36,994 nt of DNA, from the IMG/VR virus record IMGVR_UViG_3300016471_000568. The stretch is one strand, 5' to 3'. Position 1 is the first letter of the stretch. The number at the start of each line of letters is the position of its first letter. Source of the stretch: an uncultured virus (IMG/VR IMGVR_UViG_3300016471_000568) (taxonomy: Duplodnaviria > Heunggongvirae > Uroviricota > Caudoviricetes). The notes beneath the pieces were generated by a model that was not told the origin of the DNA, made no database searches, and saw only the letters and a program-made list of their open reading frames with translations. Of the stretch, positions 28,626 to 36,984 are shown piece by piece. A program made the position numbers and the translations under genes.

Positions 28626-28916
28626 ATGACAGAAAAAGAATTGCAACTATTAGGCTTTGAAAAACAAGAAGATGCCGGAATTGAAGTATCCGATGATGAA
28701 GGCGGGCAGTGGGTAGAAAATGAATTCCATTATTATACATACGACATAGCAATGGGACTTAGTTTAATTTCAAATTCAAACGATGAAGTAGGAGAAGATG
28801 GAGAATGGTTTGTAGAATTTTTTGATACAGAACCTTCAATAAGATTCACGGAGTTTGCAGAAGTACAAGCACTAATCAATTTGCTACAAAGCAGAATTGC
28901 AAAAGACAAACAATGA
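28626..28916 (+). CDS. Hypothetical acidic protein
   Basis: MTEKELQLLGFEK... ORF. Confidence 0.7.
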   Translation: MTEKELQLLGFEKQEDAGIEVSDDEGGQWVENEFHYYTYDIAMGLSLISNSNDEVGEDGEWFVEFFDTEPSIRFTEFAEVQALINLLQSRIAKDKQ

Positions 28917-29161
28917 AACAAACAGCAGTAGAGTGGTTAGAAGATAAAATACAATCTGATATGACATTTATGGAGATACTTGGATTAATTAATCAAGCCA
29001 AAGAAATGGAGAAAGAGCAGTTTAATAAAGTTGCACAAAACAATGCAGATTTAAGTGAAGCATTGCAAGAGTTTCTACAAAAATATCCTGGCGTAACAAG
29101 TGGAGATTTACAAACATTTGTTTTGGGTTGGACTGCTGCTAAACTAAAGAATACACCGTAA
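28913..29161 (+). CDS. Hypothetical protein (MKQTAVEWL..QAKEMEKEQ type)
   Basis: N-terminal pattern recalled from Bacteroidota phages; ATGA overlap. Confidence 0.7.
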   Translation: MKQTAVEWLEDKIQSDMTFMEILGLINQAKEMEKEQFNKVAQNNADLSEALQEFLQKYPGVTSGDLQTFVLGWTAAKLKNTP

Positions 29162-29380
29162 GCATTGTTAAACTACGTAGTGTCCGTAGCAATGCAATGT
29201 TTACGGATACTGAAGAAGCAAGCATAGTATGCATATACGACGAAAGCATACGCATATATAAGAGATACGAGTATAAGTACATACGCATAAGCATATATAT
29301 ATAGTCCCCCCATTCCCTAGGTGACGTTACTTGGATGTGTAAATGAATATCAGAGTCTAGTATGGCTGCATCCCCCCGCG

Positions 29381-29980
29381 TATTTTTAGATGAATCACGT
29401 AATAGTTCTAGACGCATTGGGAGAATGAATGTGTGTTTTAGTGTCTAGTAGCATCCAGATAGATAGATTAGATATCTCCCTGCCGGTCCTACTTGTTTTC
29501 GCGGGGCATAGCATCTTTATTCCGGGTCAATGGATATCTAGACACCAAAAAGGCTGCAATGTTCTTAAACGAACTGTAAGAGCCGGGATACGGGGACACC
29601 TATTTTTAGATGAAGTGGCACCATCACCCCGAGTTATTTTTAGTCCGAGTGGCGTCTATTTTTAGATCGGGATGCCCTTATCTCCCCAGCGTATTTTTAG
29701 TCCGAGTGGAGTCTATTTTTAGATCATGATGCGCTCTATATATACAAGATCGAATACCAGCGTATTTTTAGTCCAATAACGTATTTTTAGAATGCATAAT
29801 GCGTGTCGTTACGTATAGTGATCTGAACAGTTTATTTTTAGAGCAATATCCGCTCCCTCCCAGCTATTTTTAGATCAACGTGCACGTATTTTTAGAGCAA
29901 AGGCCGGCGTATTTTTAGTCCGAGTGGTTTGATTTTTAGTCCGGGGGCTGCCTATTTTTAGACCAAAACCAGGTTTTAGA
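29381..29980 (+). repeat. Non-coding array of TATTTTTAG direct repeats
   Basis: Exact copies at 29381, 29601, 29635, 29657, 29692, 29714, 29763, 29782, 29833, 29865, 29887, 29910 and 29953; variants near 29931 and 29972. Confidence 0.9.
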
Positions 29981-30083
29981 CCCGGTTTCATTTGGTTTGC
30001 TAGCTATACAGCGTAAACTTTTTTTAACATGTGGTTGGATCTTTGCCGTTGATTTCATATTATATAAGTGTAAATAAGATGAT

Positions 30084-30167
30084 ATGATAACATTGATTAT
30101 AACGCTTGTGACGATGGCGGTGGCATTTGCCATTATGTATGCGGCGGATCGTAATTACGATGAATAG
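30084..30167 (+). CDS. 27-aa hydrophobic peptide
   Basis: MITLIITLVTMAVAFAIMYAADRNYDE, downstream of the promoter motif at 30035. Confidence 0.5.
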   Translation: MITLIITLVTMAVAFAIMYAADRNYDE

Positions 30168-30363
30168 ATTGGCGACGGGGTCCGGGATGCAAGTGCTCGT
30201 AACAGACACTCCCGGCGGATCGCAGTGATAGGATCATGATGTGATGATGTGAATAACATTGTAATGAGTTGATCCTATCCGGCATTGGGTATCATGACCG
30301 ACGGGTTTCTCTCTCTTATTCCCAGGCGTGTACCACGGGCGGCAGCAATGTCGCCCTTTTTTT
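30168..30363 (+). ncRNA. Putative structured RNA or long 3' UTR
   Basis: CCGGGA/TCCCGG stem, 10-bp GATAGGATCA/TGATCCTATC stem, CT-rich tract, then a terminator. Confidence 0.5.
30337..30363 (+). terminator. Rho-independent terminator
   Basis: GGGCGGCA-GCAA-TGTCGCCC plus T7; nearly identical to the terminator at 14957. Confidence 0.85.
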
Positions 30364-30467
30364 GTGTAATAATTTAATATTAATCTAAATTTAATCATTT
30401 CTTAATCTAAAATGCTTGGATCGCATTATTATTTTACTTATCTTTATATAAATTAAAAAGAGAGAAT

Positions 30468-30623
30468 ATGACAAATGTAGAGAAAAAAAGATTAGCAAAA
30501 ATTAGAAAAGAGTTTGCAGAATTAAAAGGTGCTGGATGCATTCCGGTTTTAATGCCATATGAGGAATATTTAGCAACATTTCCGGATCCGATAAAAACAA
30601 AAAAAGTTGCTAAAAAAGGGTAA
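30468..30623 (+). CDS. Hypothetical protein (51 aa)
   Basis: Follows a repeated promoter and AAGAGAG leader. Confidence 0.6.
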   Translation: MTNVEKKRLAKIRKEFAELKGAGCIPVLMPYEEYLATFPDPIKTKKVAKKG

Positions 30624-30673
30624 CCCTTTTGAAAAATTTGGTTATAATATAAAATAAATTAAAAAGAGAGAAT

Positions 30674-31078
30674 ATGACAAAAACAGCAAATTTAGCAGAT
30701 CAATTAAATGCACAAGCCAACGGCTTAATTATCGATTCGCAAGGCCAGAACGATGCATGTTATAACTTTTACGATTGGTTCTGCAAGGATTCCAGTTTAC
30801 GTAACAAGTCCTGGAAATTGATGAAGCAGGTAAAGACATTCTTAAAGCATAATCCGCAAATTGATTTATTGGAGCATTATGTATTTTTTAAGAACAATTG
30901 TCCGATGCGAGGTCCATTGTATGATGATTTTAGAATATGCAATATTGAGACGGGCAATGTAGTGTTTACAGTTATTCCCAAGTGTGGGCATAGTGGGTTA
31001 GCTGAAATTTGGGGACGTGAAAATGACTTTAAAGGTCCTATTAAGACAGCCAAAACTTTTAGCAAACTTTTTTCCTAA
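30674..31078 (+). CDS. Hypothetical phage protein
   Basis: YDWFCKDSSL..YVFFKNNCP...LYDDFRI pattern; AAGAGAG leader. Confidence 0.75.
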   Translation: MTKTANLADQLNAQANGLIIDSQGQNDACYNFYDWFCKDSSLRNKSWKLMKQVKTFLKHNPQIDLLEHYVFFKNNCPMRGPLYDDFRICNIETGNVVFTVIPKCGHSGLAEIWGRENDFKGPIKTAKTFSKLFS

Positions 31079-31138
31079 AATGCTTGGATCGCATTGATAT
31101 TTTTATTAAATTTATAGTATAATTAAAAAGAGAGAAAT

Positions 31139-31360
31139 ATGACAGTAGAAAAATTTGAAATGTTAGTTGAGAGTATTGGAATTAATAATAATACATTCAG
31201 TGGCCCAACCGGAGAACGCGATGGAGAGTGTTGTTTGTATTTGTATGAAATGGATGATTTAAAGAATTTAGCAAAACGATTTGATTTTAGATTTAAAATT
31301 ACGGAAGAGTTTATAGATGGCAATGGCGATGATTGTATAGTTGTAGAATTAGCAGTTTAA
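31139..31360 (+). CDS. Hypothetical acidic protein
   Basis: Follows a repeated promoter. Confidence 0.65.
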   Translation: MTVEKFEMLVESIGINNNTFSGPTGERDGECCLYLYEMDDLKNLAKRFDFRFKITEEFIDGNGDDCIVVELAV

Positions 31361-31442
31361 AAAAGTTGGAAAAAAGTTTGCGGATCCTTAGGTTCGCATT
31401 CTTTTTTTCCTTATCTTTAAGTATAATTAAAAAGAGAGATAA

Positions 31443-31607
31443 ATGGAAAAAATTAACATCAGCGACTTTATTGCCTGGATGGAGGAAAATGCAAATCATC
31501 CGATGCATGAATTGGCAATTAAAACCTTTAAAAAGATAAGACGCAATAAAGGTGAAATTAAAATTGAATGGAAGCATTTTGCAAAAGTTAACGGATTTGT
31601 AGTATAA
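31443..31607 (+). CDS. Hypothetical protein (54 aa)
   Basis: MEKINISDFIAWMEEN...; follows a repeated promoter. Confidence 0.6.
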   Translation: MEKINISDFIAWMEENANHPMHELAIKTFKKIRRNKGEIKIEWKHFAKVNGFVV

Positions 31608-31626
31608 ATTAAAAAATAAGAGAGTT

Positions 31627-31872
31627 ATGAAATTAGTTAGAAAAACAAGAGAGGCAGTAATTACCGAAACGTTTGAAATTGAATTAACAGCCGGCAATCG
31701 AGTATTTGTAAAAGATTATCTGGATGAAAGTGGTAAAGTAATTGACACAGAGTTCAGAGATGAAGATGGCAGAGACTTAAGTGACGATCCAGTCCTGTTT
31801 GAAGCAATAATTGAATTCTTAGAAGAATTAGAGCATGGATTTGATATTGTAGATCATGATGTACATGAATAA
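31627..31872 (+). CDS. Hypothetical acidic protein
   Basis: AATAAGAGAG leader. Confidence 0.65.
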   Translation: MKLVRKTREAVITETFEIELTAGNRVFVKDYLDESGKVIDTEFRDEDGRDLSDDPVLFEAIIEFLEELEHGFDIVDHDVHE

Positions 31873-31966
31873 AATTGTGAATAACTTTTCTGAAAAAAAG
31901 TTTCAGAAAAATTAGGATCGCATTGATTTTTTCCTTATCTTTAAGTATAATTAAAAACAAAGAGAT

Positions 31967-32152
31967 ATGGCAGTAGGCAAAAAGAATTCAGGATTTTTCA
32001 AGCAAGACGCAGTAGCAGCCCGCATGTTGGCAGATGCAAAACGTCCACAACAATTAAATGCAGCAGTAGTGCAAGCAATGAAACAAGCAGAGCGCAACCG
32101 CTTGTACCGAGAAGCTCAATTAGCAAAACAAAAGCCCCGTTTTATTAGATAA
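31967..32152 (+). CDS. Hypothetical basic protein
   Basis: Follows a repeated promoter. Confidence 0.65.
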   Translation: MAVGKKNSGFFKQDAVAARMLADAKRPQQLNAAVVQAMKQAERNRLYREAQLAKQKPRFIR

Positions 32153-32228
32153 AAGGTTAATCTAAATTTAATCTAAAAAGGGTAACCCTTTGCAGTTTTT
32201 TCGGTTTAATATAAAAAGAGAATAAGTT

Positions 32229-32966
32229 ATGAAAAGAAGAATTGTAGTTAGTAATGGTGCAATAGTAGGTGCCGAATCCACAAAGCGTTACGTTGCAGAA
32301 ATTAAAAAGGCTCGTCCCATTAGCAAAGAAGATGAAGCGGTTCTGATACAAAAGGCACAACAAGGTGATGTTGCAAGTCGCAATGTGATGATAGAAAGCA
32401 ATCTGCGGTTTGCGGTGCAAGTGGCTCGACAATATCAAGGCATGGGCTTAGAAATGGAGGACCTTATAGCATTTGCAAACGTCGGGTTGTTTGAGGCTGT
32501 GGATCGTTTTGACACCAGCAAGAATGTTAAATTCATTACGTTTGCGGTTTGGTATATCCGTGCCGAGTTGCAGAAGGCGCTCAATGATTTGTCCCGCACA
32601 GTTAGGATTCCATCACACCGAGTGTCTACCGAGGAGTACTCCACAAAGAGCATATCCACTCCGGTAGGTGAAGATGAGAACAAGGAAACATATGCGGATC
32701 GATACTTGCAAGCCGATGAGGTACGTAGCTCCAGGGACCTAGCAGATATGCGCTTTGACATTGATAGAGTGTTAGCCCAATTGAAGCCCAAGCAAGAAGA
32801 GGCATTGCGACGCAATTATGGCATTGGCTTTGAGTATGCACAGTGCATGGAGCAGATTGGCGAAGAGATGGGAGTTACAAATGAGCGTGCACGGCAATTG
32901 GTTCGTCAGGCCGAGGAGGCATTGTGCAAGCTACCAGGTGTTAAATTGCTTGAGCAATACCTTTAA
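32229..32966 (+). CDS. RNA polymerase sigma-70 family factor
   Basis: SNLRFAVQVARQYQ..DLIAFANVGLFEAVDRFD..KFITFAVWYIR (region 2); EQIGEEMGVTNERARQL (region 4 HTH). Confidence 0.92.
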   Translation: MKRRIVVSNGAIVGAESTKRYVAEIKKARPISKEDEAVLIQKAQQGDVASRNVMIESNLRFAVQVARQYQGMGLEMEDLIAFANVGLFEAVDRFDTSKNVKFITFAVWYIRAELQKALNDLSRTVRIPSHRVSTEEYSTKSISTPVGEDENKETYADRYLQADEVRSSRDLADMRFDIDRVLAQLKPKQEEALRRNYGIGFEYAQCMEQIGEEMGVTNERARQLVRQAEEALCKLPGVKLLEQYL

Positions 32967-33040
32967 AGGTTAATCTAAATTTAATCTGAAAAAGGGTAAC
33001 CCTTTGTGCAAAAAACGGTTTAATATAAAAAAGAGAGAAT

Positions 33041-33139
33041 ATGTCAAAAGTTGTGAAATTTGTTTTAGAGTTTATCATTGCAATGGGTATTGCATTATCA
33101 GCGGCATTCATCATTAAATTTGCTGCAGAAACTTTTTAA
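33041..33139 (+). CDS. 32-aa hydrophobic peptide
   Basis: AAGAGAG leader after a GGGTAACCC unit. Confidence 0.5.
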   Translation: MSKVVKFVLEFIIAMGIALSAAFIIKFAAETF

Positions 33140-33212
33140 AAAAAAAGTTTGCGAAATGCTTGGATCGCATTGATATTTTCTTTATCTTTAAGTATAATTA
33201 AAATTAATCATT

Positions 33213-33353
33213 ATGTATTACGGAAATTGTCAAACTATTAAAGAATATTTTTTCAGTGTAGTCTTAGGAATTATCTGCATTGCAATATCTTTAAGATTGT
33301 TAAGCTTAGCTTACAAGACCTATCAAATCGATCAAAGGAACAAGAAAGCGTAA
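33213..33353 (+). CDS. 46-aa TM peptide
   Basis: Follows a repeated promoter. Confidence 0.5.
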   Translation: MYYGNCQTIKEYFFSVVLGIICIAISLRLLSLAYKTYQIDQRNKKA

Positions 33354-33448
33354 TTCAATTGTGAATAACTTTACGTAAAAAAGTTGCAAAAAGATTAGGA
33401 TCGCATTGATATTTTCCTTATCTTTAAGTATAATAAAAAATAAGAGAT

Positions 33449-33700
33449 ATGAAAAAGTTCCCAGTTTACATCGCCCACAACCAATTCGGTTGGTCTAATC
33501 CATCTGCAATTAGTACTAGCGCTAATGAAGTTGTCTTTGATATGAATAAGATATCCGATGAACTTAAGGCAAAGGTATTTGGCCAAATTGGTATTGTAGA
33601 ATTAACCCGGGCCGAGATGATTGAGATATCAGATGCTCGAATCACTGTACGTAGAGTAGGTGCTAAAATGATGGCTAACTTAGGAATTAACAATAATTAA
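33449..33700 (+). CDS. Hypothetical protein
   Basis: Follows a repeated promoter. Confidence 0.65.
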   Translation: MKKFPVYIAHNQFGWSNPSAISTSANEVVFDMNKISDELKAKVFGQIGIVELTRAEMIEISDARITVRRVGAKMMANLGINNN

Positions 33701-33714
33701 AAAATAAGAGATAT

Positions 33715-33987
33715 ATGAACAAAATGCAAGAACAGTTAGCCGAGGACTTAATCCGGAACGTAGCAGCAGCATCTGATTCTGCCAGGGCCTTAATGCTTTT
33801 AACGGGTGATCCGGATTTTCAATTATTGGCAGCAATGCTTGAAATGATGGTGGTGGCCAAAGCCAAAGGTGACATAGAAGACTTTGCTCGTGCATGCACC
33901 GATGTTGCAGCTCAAAAGAATGCTGCCACAGCCGGGGGAAGTGCAATCGATTCAATCATTGTTAACTTTAACGGAATAGCCAATTAA
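33715..33987 (+). CDS. Hypothetical protein
   Basis: AATAAGAGAT leader. Confidence 0.65.
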   Translation: MNKMQEQLAEDLIRNVAAASDSARALMLLTGDPDFQLLAAMLEMMVVAKAKGDIEDFARACTDVAAQKNAATAGGSAIDSIIVNFNGIAN

Positions 33988-34085
33988 TCTAAGGTTAATC
34001 TAAATTTAATCATTTCTTAATCTAAAATGGTTGGATCGCATTGAAAAAGTCCTTATATTTATAGTATAATTAAAAAGAGAGAAAA

Positions 34086-34241
34086 ATGAAAAGAACAAAA
34101 AAAATCAGCGCAGAAAAAGTAGAAAGTGGAATTGTTAATGCATTCGGATTTGCATTGTTAGGAATCGTTGTATATGCAATTGCATTTATTGTTTACAAAT
34201 TGGCAACGGGCACGGCTGGTGTCGTAAGCATTGGAGTATGA
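34086..34241 (+). CDS. 51-aa TM peptide
   Basis: Follows a repeated promoter. Confidence 0.55.
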   Translation: MKRTKKISAEKVESGIVNAFGFALLGIVVYAIAFIVYKLATGTAGVVSIGV

Positions 34242-34317
34242 TAGGGGACATAATATATGCGAGCTTGTTGCTCAACCTGGTGCTAATCATGAAATTAATC
34301 AGTAAATCTAAAAAACA

Positions 34318-34467
34318 ATGACAATGACAAAAGAAGAAGTAAAAGAGCAGATCCAAATCGACCTATGCACTTACCTGGAATGTATTGGTTTTCAGGACAA
34401 TGGAGAATATGCTGAAATCTGCCAGATAGTGATAGACAACTTTAAGAAGCTTGACGAAGAAGGTTAA
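34318..34467 (+). CDS. Hypothetical protein (49 aa)
   Basis: MTMTKEEVKEQIQIDLCTYL..CQIVIDNFKKL; A-rich leader. Confidence 0.55.
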   Translation: MTMTKEEVKEQIQIDLCTYLECIGFQDNGEYAEICQIVIDNFKKLDEEG

Positions 34468-34578
34468 TCTAAATTTAATCATTTCTTAATCTAAAAGATT
34501 TGGATCGCATTGATATTTTCCTTATCTTTATGTATAGGAAATAAGGGAATAGTCCCACATAATTAAAAAAAAGAGAGT

Positions 34579-34965
34579 ATGAAAAAAGCAGAATTAGTAG
34601 CACAATTGGAGGTAGCAAAGGCGCTAACCTCAGTAGTATCAATCGACAGTGTAATTGCACTTATCCAGGAGTTGGAGGCGGAGCAAGTAGCCAAAACGGA
34701 ATCGCGTATAACCGCCAAATTGTTTACCCAGGTTGTAGACGTTATTGAATCGTCACTTAACAATATGCGCCATTCGGAGGCTGTCGATTTAAGCTCCGCG
34801 GAATTTGAATTGGATTGGAATAATTGCATTAACTTAACGGATGTATCCCTCGACACGGATTACATATACAATGAGATACGCGAGCAATTGGAAACTGCAA
34901 TTGACATTGTAGATGAGGAAGAAGCCAACGAGGCACAAATTGAAGCAGAGCAAACCGAGTCGTAA
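34579..34965 (+). CDS. Hypothetical acidic protein
   Basis: AAGAGAG leader; AEFELDWNN pattern. Confidence 0.7.
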   Translation: MKKAELVAQLEVAKALTSVVSIDSVIALIQELEAEQVAKTESRITAKLFTQVVDVIESSLNNMRHSEAVDLSSAEFELDWNNCINLTDVSLDTDYIYNEIREQLETAIDIVDEEEANEAQIEAEQTES

Positions 34966-35031
34966 TAAGATATATCTCTCAGTCCCCGGGCCAGCAGCGA
35001 TGTTGGCCCTTGTGGACGTAAAAAAGAGAGC

Positions 35032-35217
35032 ATGAAAAAATTAGCACGTTACAAAAACAATCTTCGCATAGACGGAGACCGAGTTATTTCTTACACCACC
35101 CACGTAGCAACCATTGATGGACCCTTTCTTCGGGTACATGGCAGGTGGAGCAAAACAACCACCAAGCATTGCAATTATGTAGCAACAGAATTGAAGCTTA
35201 AGCAAATAATGTCTTAA
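35032..35217 (+). CDS. Hypothetical phage protein (ISY.T.VA..WS.TT.KH type)
   Basis: Recognisable small-phage-protein pattern; AAGAGAG leader. Confidence 0.7.
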   Translation: MKKLARYKNNLRIDGDRVISYTTHVATIDGPFLRVHGRWSKTTTKHCNYVATELKLKQIMS

Positions 35218-35300
35218 TCTAAATTTAATCATTTCTTAATCTAAAATGCTAGGATCGCATTGAAAAATTCCTTATCTTTAAGTATAATTAAAAAGAGAGC

Positions 35301-35456
35301 ATGAAAAAAGAATTGAAAGAATTAGAAGCAAAGCTTAAGGCATTAAGAGAAGCCATGGAACGCTATGATGTATTCCAGCAAGATGATGAAATAGGCCTGG
35401 CATTAGCTGAGGTAGAAGCAGAATTAGCTAATTCAGACTCCGATAAAAAAGTTTAA
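35301..35456 (+). CDS. 51-aa coiled-coil peptide
   Basis: Follows a repeated promoter. Confidence 0.55.
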   Translation: MKKELKELEAKLKALREAMERYDVFQQDDEIGLALAEVEAELANSDSDKKV

Positions 35457-35529
35457 AAAAAGTTACCAAAAAGGTTGGATCGCATTGATTTTTTCCTTAT
35501 CTTTAAGTATAAATTAAAAAGAGAGATAT

Positions 35530-36480
35530 ATGATGAGTAATGTTTTTGAACCCGTTAGAATTAAAGGCAAGCTATTTGCTAAGAACACAACCACAGGCGT
35601 CATAGCGCCTAAAGACACCATCCGACACATCCAGCTGCTAAATGCTGAGAAGAACCGGGAAGTATTGATAGTATCCGCAACGGGCCGCGTTACCCGAGTA
35701 CCGGCAGTAGACGTAGGAGTTGCATTGACACCACAGCCAGCCGCCAAGTTATCCTTTATGCAAGCAAAGCAAACACAGGATCCGGAGGAGATGTTTAAGA
35801 ACATTGAACGACTCACCAAAATGGTAGGGCGTGGCATACAGCCGTCACTTGTTGTTACGGGAGGCGCAGGCACCGGCAAGACGCATTTGGTTAAAGAGAC
35901 ATTGACGTCCATGGGCCTCAAAGAATCCACAGACTTTGTGCACTTCAAGGGTCGTGCTACCGCTGCCGGCTTGTATATCACATTGTATGAGAATAGCTCC
36001 AAAGTCATTGTGTTGGATGATTGCGATAGCGTGTTTAAGGATGATGATGCAGTGAATATCCTCAAAGCGGCTTTGGATAGCTATGACACCCGCAAGATAT
36101 CTTATATCAGCACCAAGAGCCTCAAAGACGAATTTGGCAATGAGGTCCCGCGCCATTTTGAATTTACAGGTCGCATCATCTTTATCTCTAACATTGATCA
36201 ATCACGTTTGGATGAAGCAATTCGTTCACGTAGCTTTGTAAGTGATGTTGCCCTGACAACGGACCAAATGTTTACCCGCATGGGTCAATTGATGACGTCC
36301 ATGGAGCGAAGCATCCCGATGACGGCTAAGGAGCAGGCATTGCAGTTGATGCAGGAATTGGATGCAGAGTATGACGGCGTAGAGATCAACCTGCGCAGCT
36401 TTATCAAAGCAGCACGCATATGTGCAATGGGCTTTGAAAATCCCAAAATGATGATAGCAGAACAAATCATCCCGGCATAA
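35530..36480 (+). CDS. P-loop (AAA-like) ATPase
   Basis: Walker A GGAGTGKT, Walker B VIVLDDCD, NILKAALDS, IIFISN and AIRSRS. Confidence 0.85.
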   Translation: MMSNVFEPVRIKGKLFAKNTTTGVIAPKDTIRHIQLLNAEKNREVLIVSATGRVTRVPAVDVGVALTPQPAAKLSFMQAKQTQDPEEMFKNIERLTKMVGRGIQPSLVVTGGAGTGKTHLVKETLTSMGLKESTDFVHFKGRATAAGLYITLYENSSKVIVLDDCDSVFKDDDAVNILKAALDSYDTRKISYISTKSLKDEFGNEVPRHFEFTGRIIFISNIDQSRLDEAIRSRSFVSDVALTTDQMFTRMGQLMTSMERSIPMTAKEQALQLMQELDAEYDGVEINLRSFIKAARICAMGFENPKMMIAEQIIPA

Positions 36481-36615
36481 GATATATCTCTCGGCGGATC
36501 CGGCACTAGAAATGGTGTCGGATTTCTGCTGAAAAAAAGTTTAAAAAAAGTTACCAAAAGATTAGGATCCTATCGATTTATTCCTTATCTTTATATAAAT
36601 TAAAAAGAGAGAGAT

Positions 36616-36741
36616 ATGACAAAGAGACAAAACCAAGAGAGAATGTTGCATTTTGTATGCGGAGTAGATTTGGCAACGTTAGCAGCAATGACGGATGCGC
36701 AAGTTGAAGCATTGTACCGAGAGCACATAAGCAAAATGTAA
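36616..36741 (+). CDS. Hypothetical protein (41 aa)
   Basis: Follows a repeated promoter variant. Confidence 0.5.
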   Translation: MTKRQNQERMLHFVCGVDLATLAAMTDAQVEALYREHISKM

Positions 36742-36789
36742 ACGGCACCATCCAGCAAGTAACCAAGTAATAACGTAAAAAGAGAGAAT

Positions 36790-36984
36790 ATGACAAAAGT
36801 AAAAGAGTTCGTAACGGCAGAGTTAAAAGGATTAGAGAAAGGCTTCATCAGAACGCCAGAGTCAAGAGAGGCATTAGAAGCATTCGCAAAAGCAAATCAA
36901 GGTAGCATGGACATCCTGCTAATGCAAATGGCAATCCAATTCGGAGCTAAGCTGGCATTAGAAAATGTACAAGTAATAACGTAA
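36790..36984 (+). CDS. Hypothetical protein
   Basis: AAGAGAG leader; flanked by a 25-bp direct repeat. Confidence 0.65.
   Translation: MTKVKEFVTAELKGLEKGFIRTPESREALEAFAKANQGSMDILLMQMAIQFGAKLALENVQVIT

Larger units (their letters stand above)
30380..36615 (+). promoter_or_regulatory. Dispersed family of repeated promoter/leader units T(T/A)GGATCGCATT-N-TTATCTTTA.GTATAATTAAAAAGAGAG-ATG
   Basis: Copies near 30416, 31084, 31388 (variant), 31912, 33160, 33395, 34031, 34500, 35249, 35475 and 36562 (variant), each upstream of an ATG. Confidence 0.85.

Noticed and set aside
29139..29665. ORFs 29139-29417 (-) and 29429-29665 (+)
   Set aside because: Low-complexity or repeat-derived translations without the leader or promoter motifs used elsewhere.
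29381..29980. CRISPR array
   Set aside because: The repeat is only 9 bp, spacers vary widely in length and some are duplicated, and no cas genes are present.
34982..35017. Intrinsic terminators at 34988 and 36492
   Set aside because: Strong hairpins but no + strand U tract, so not called as terminators; kept as RNA structures in the anti-start finding.
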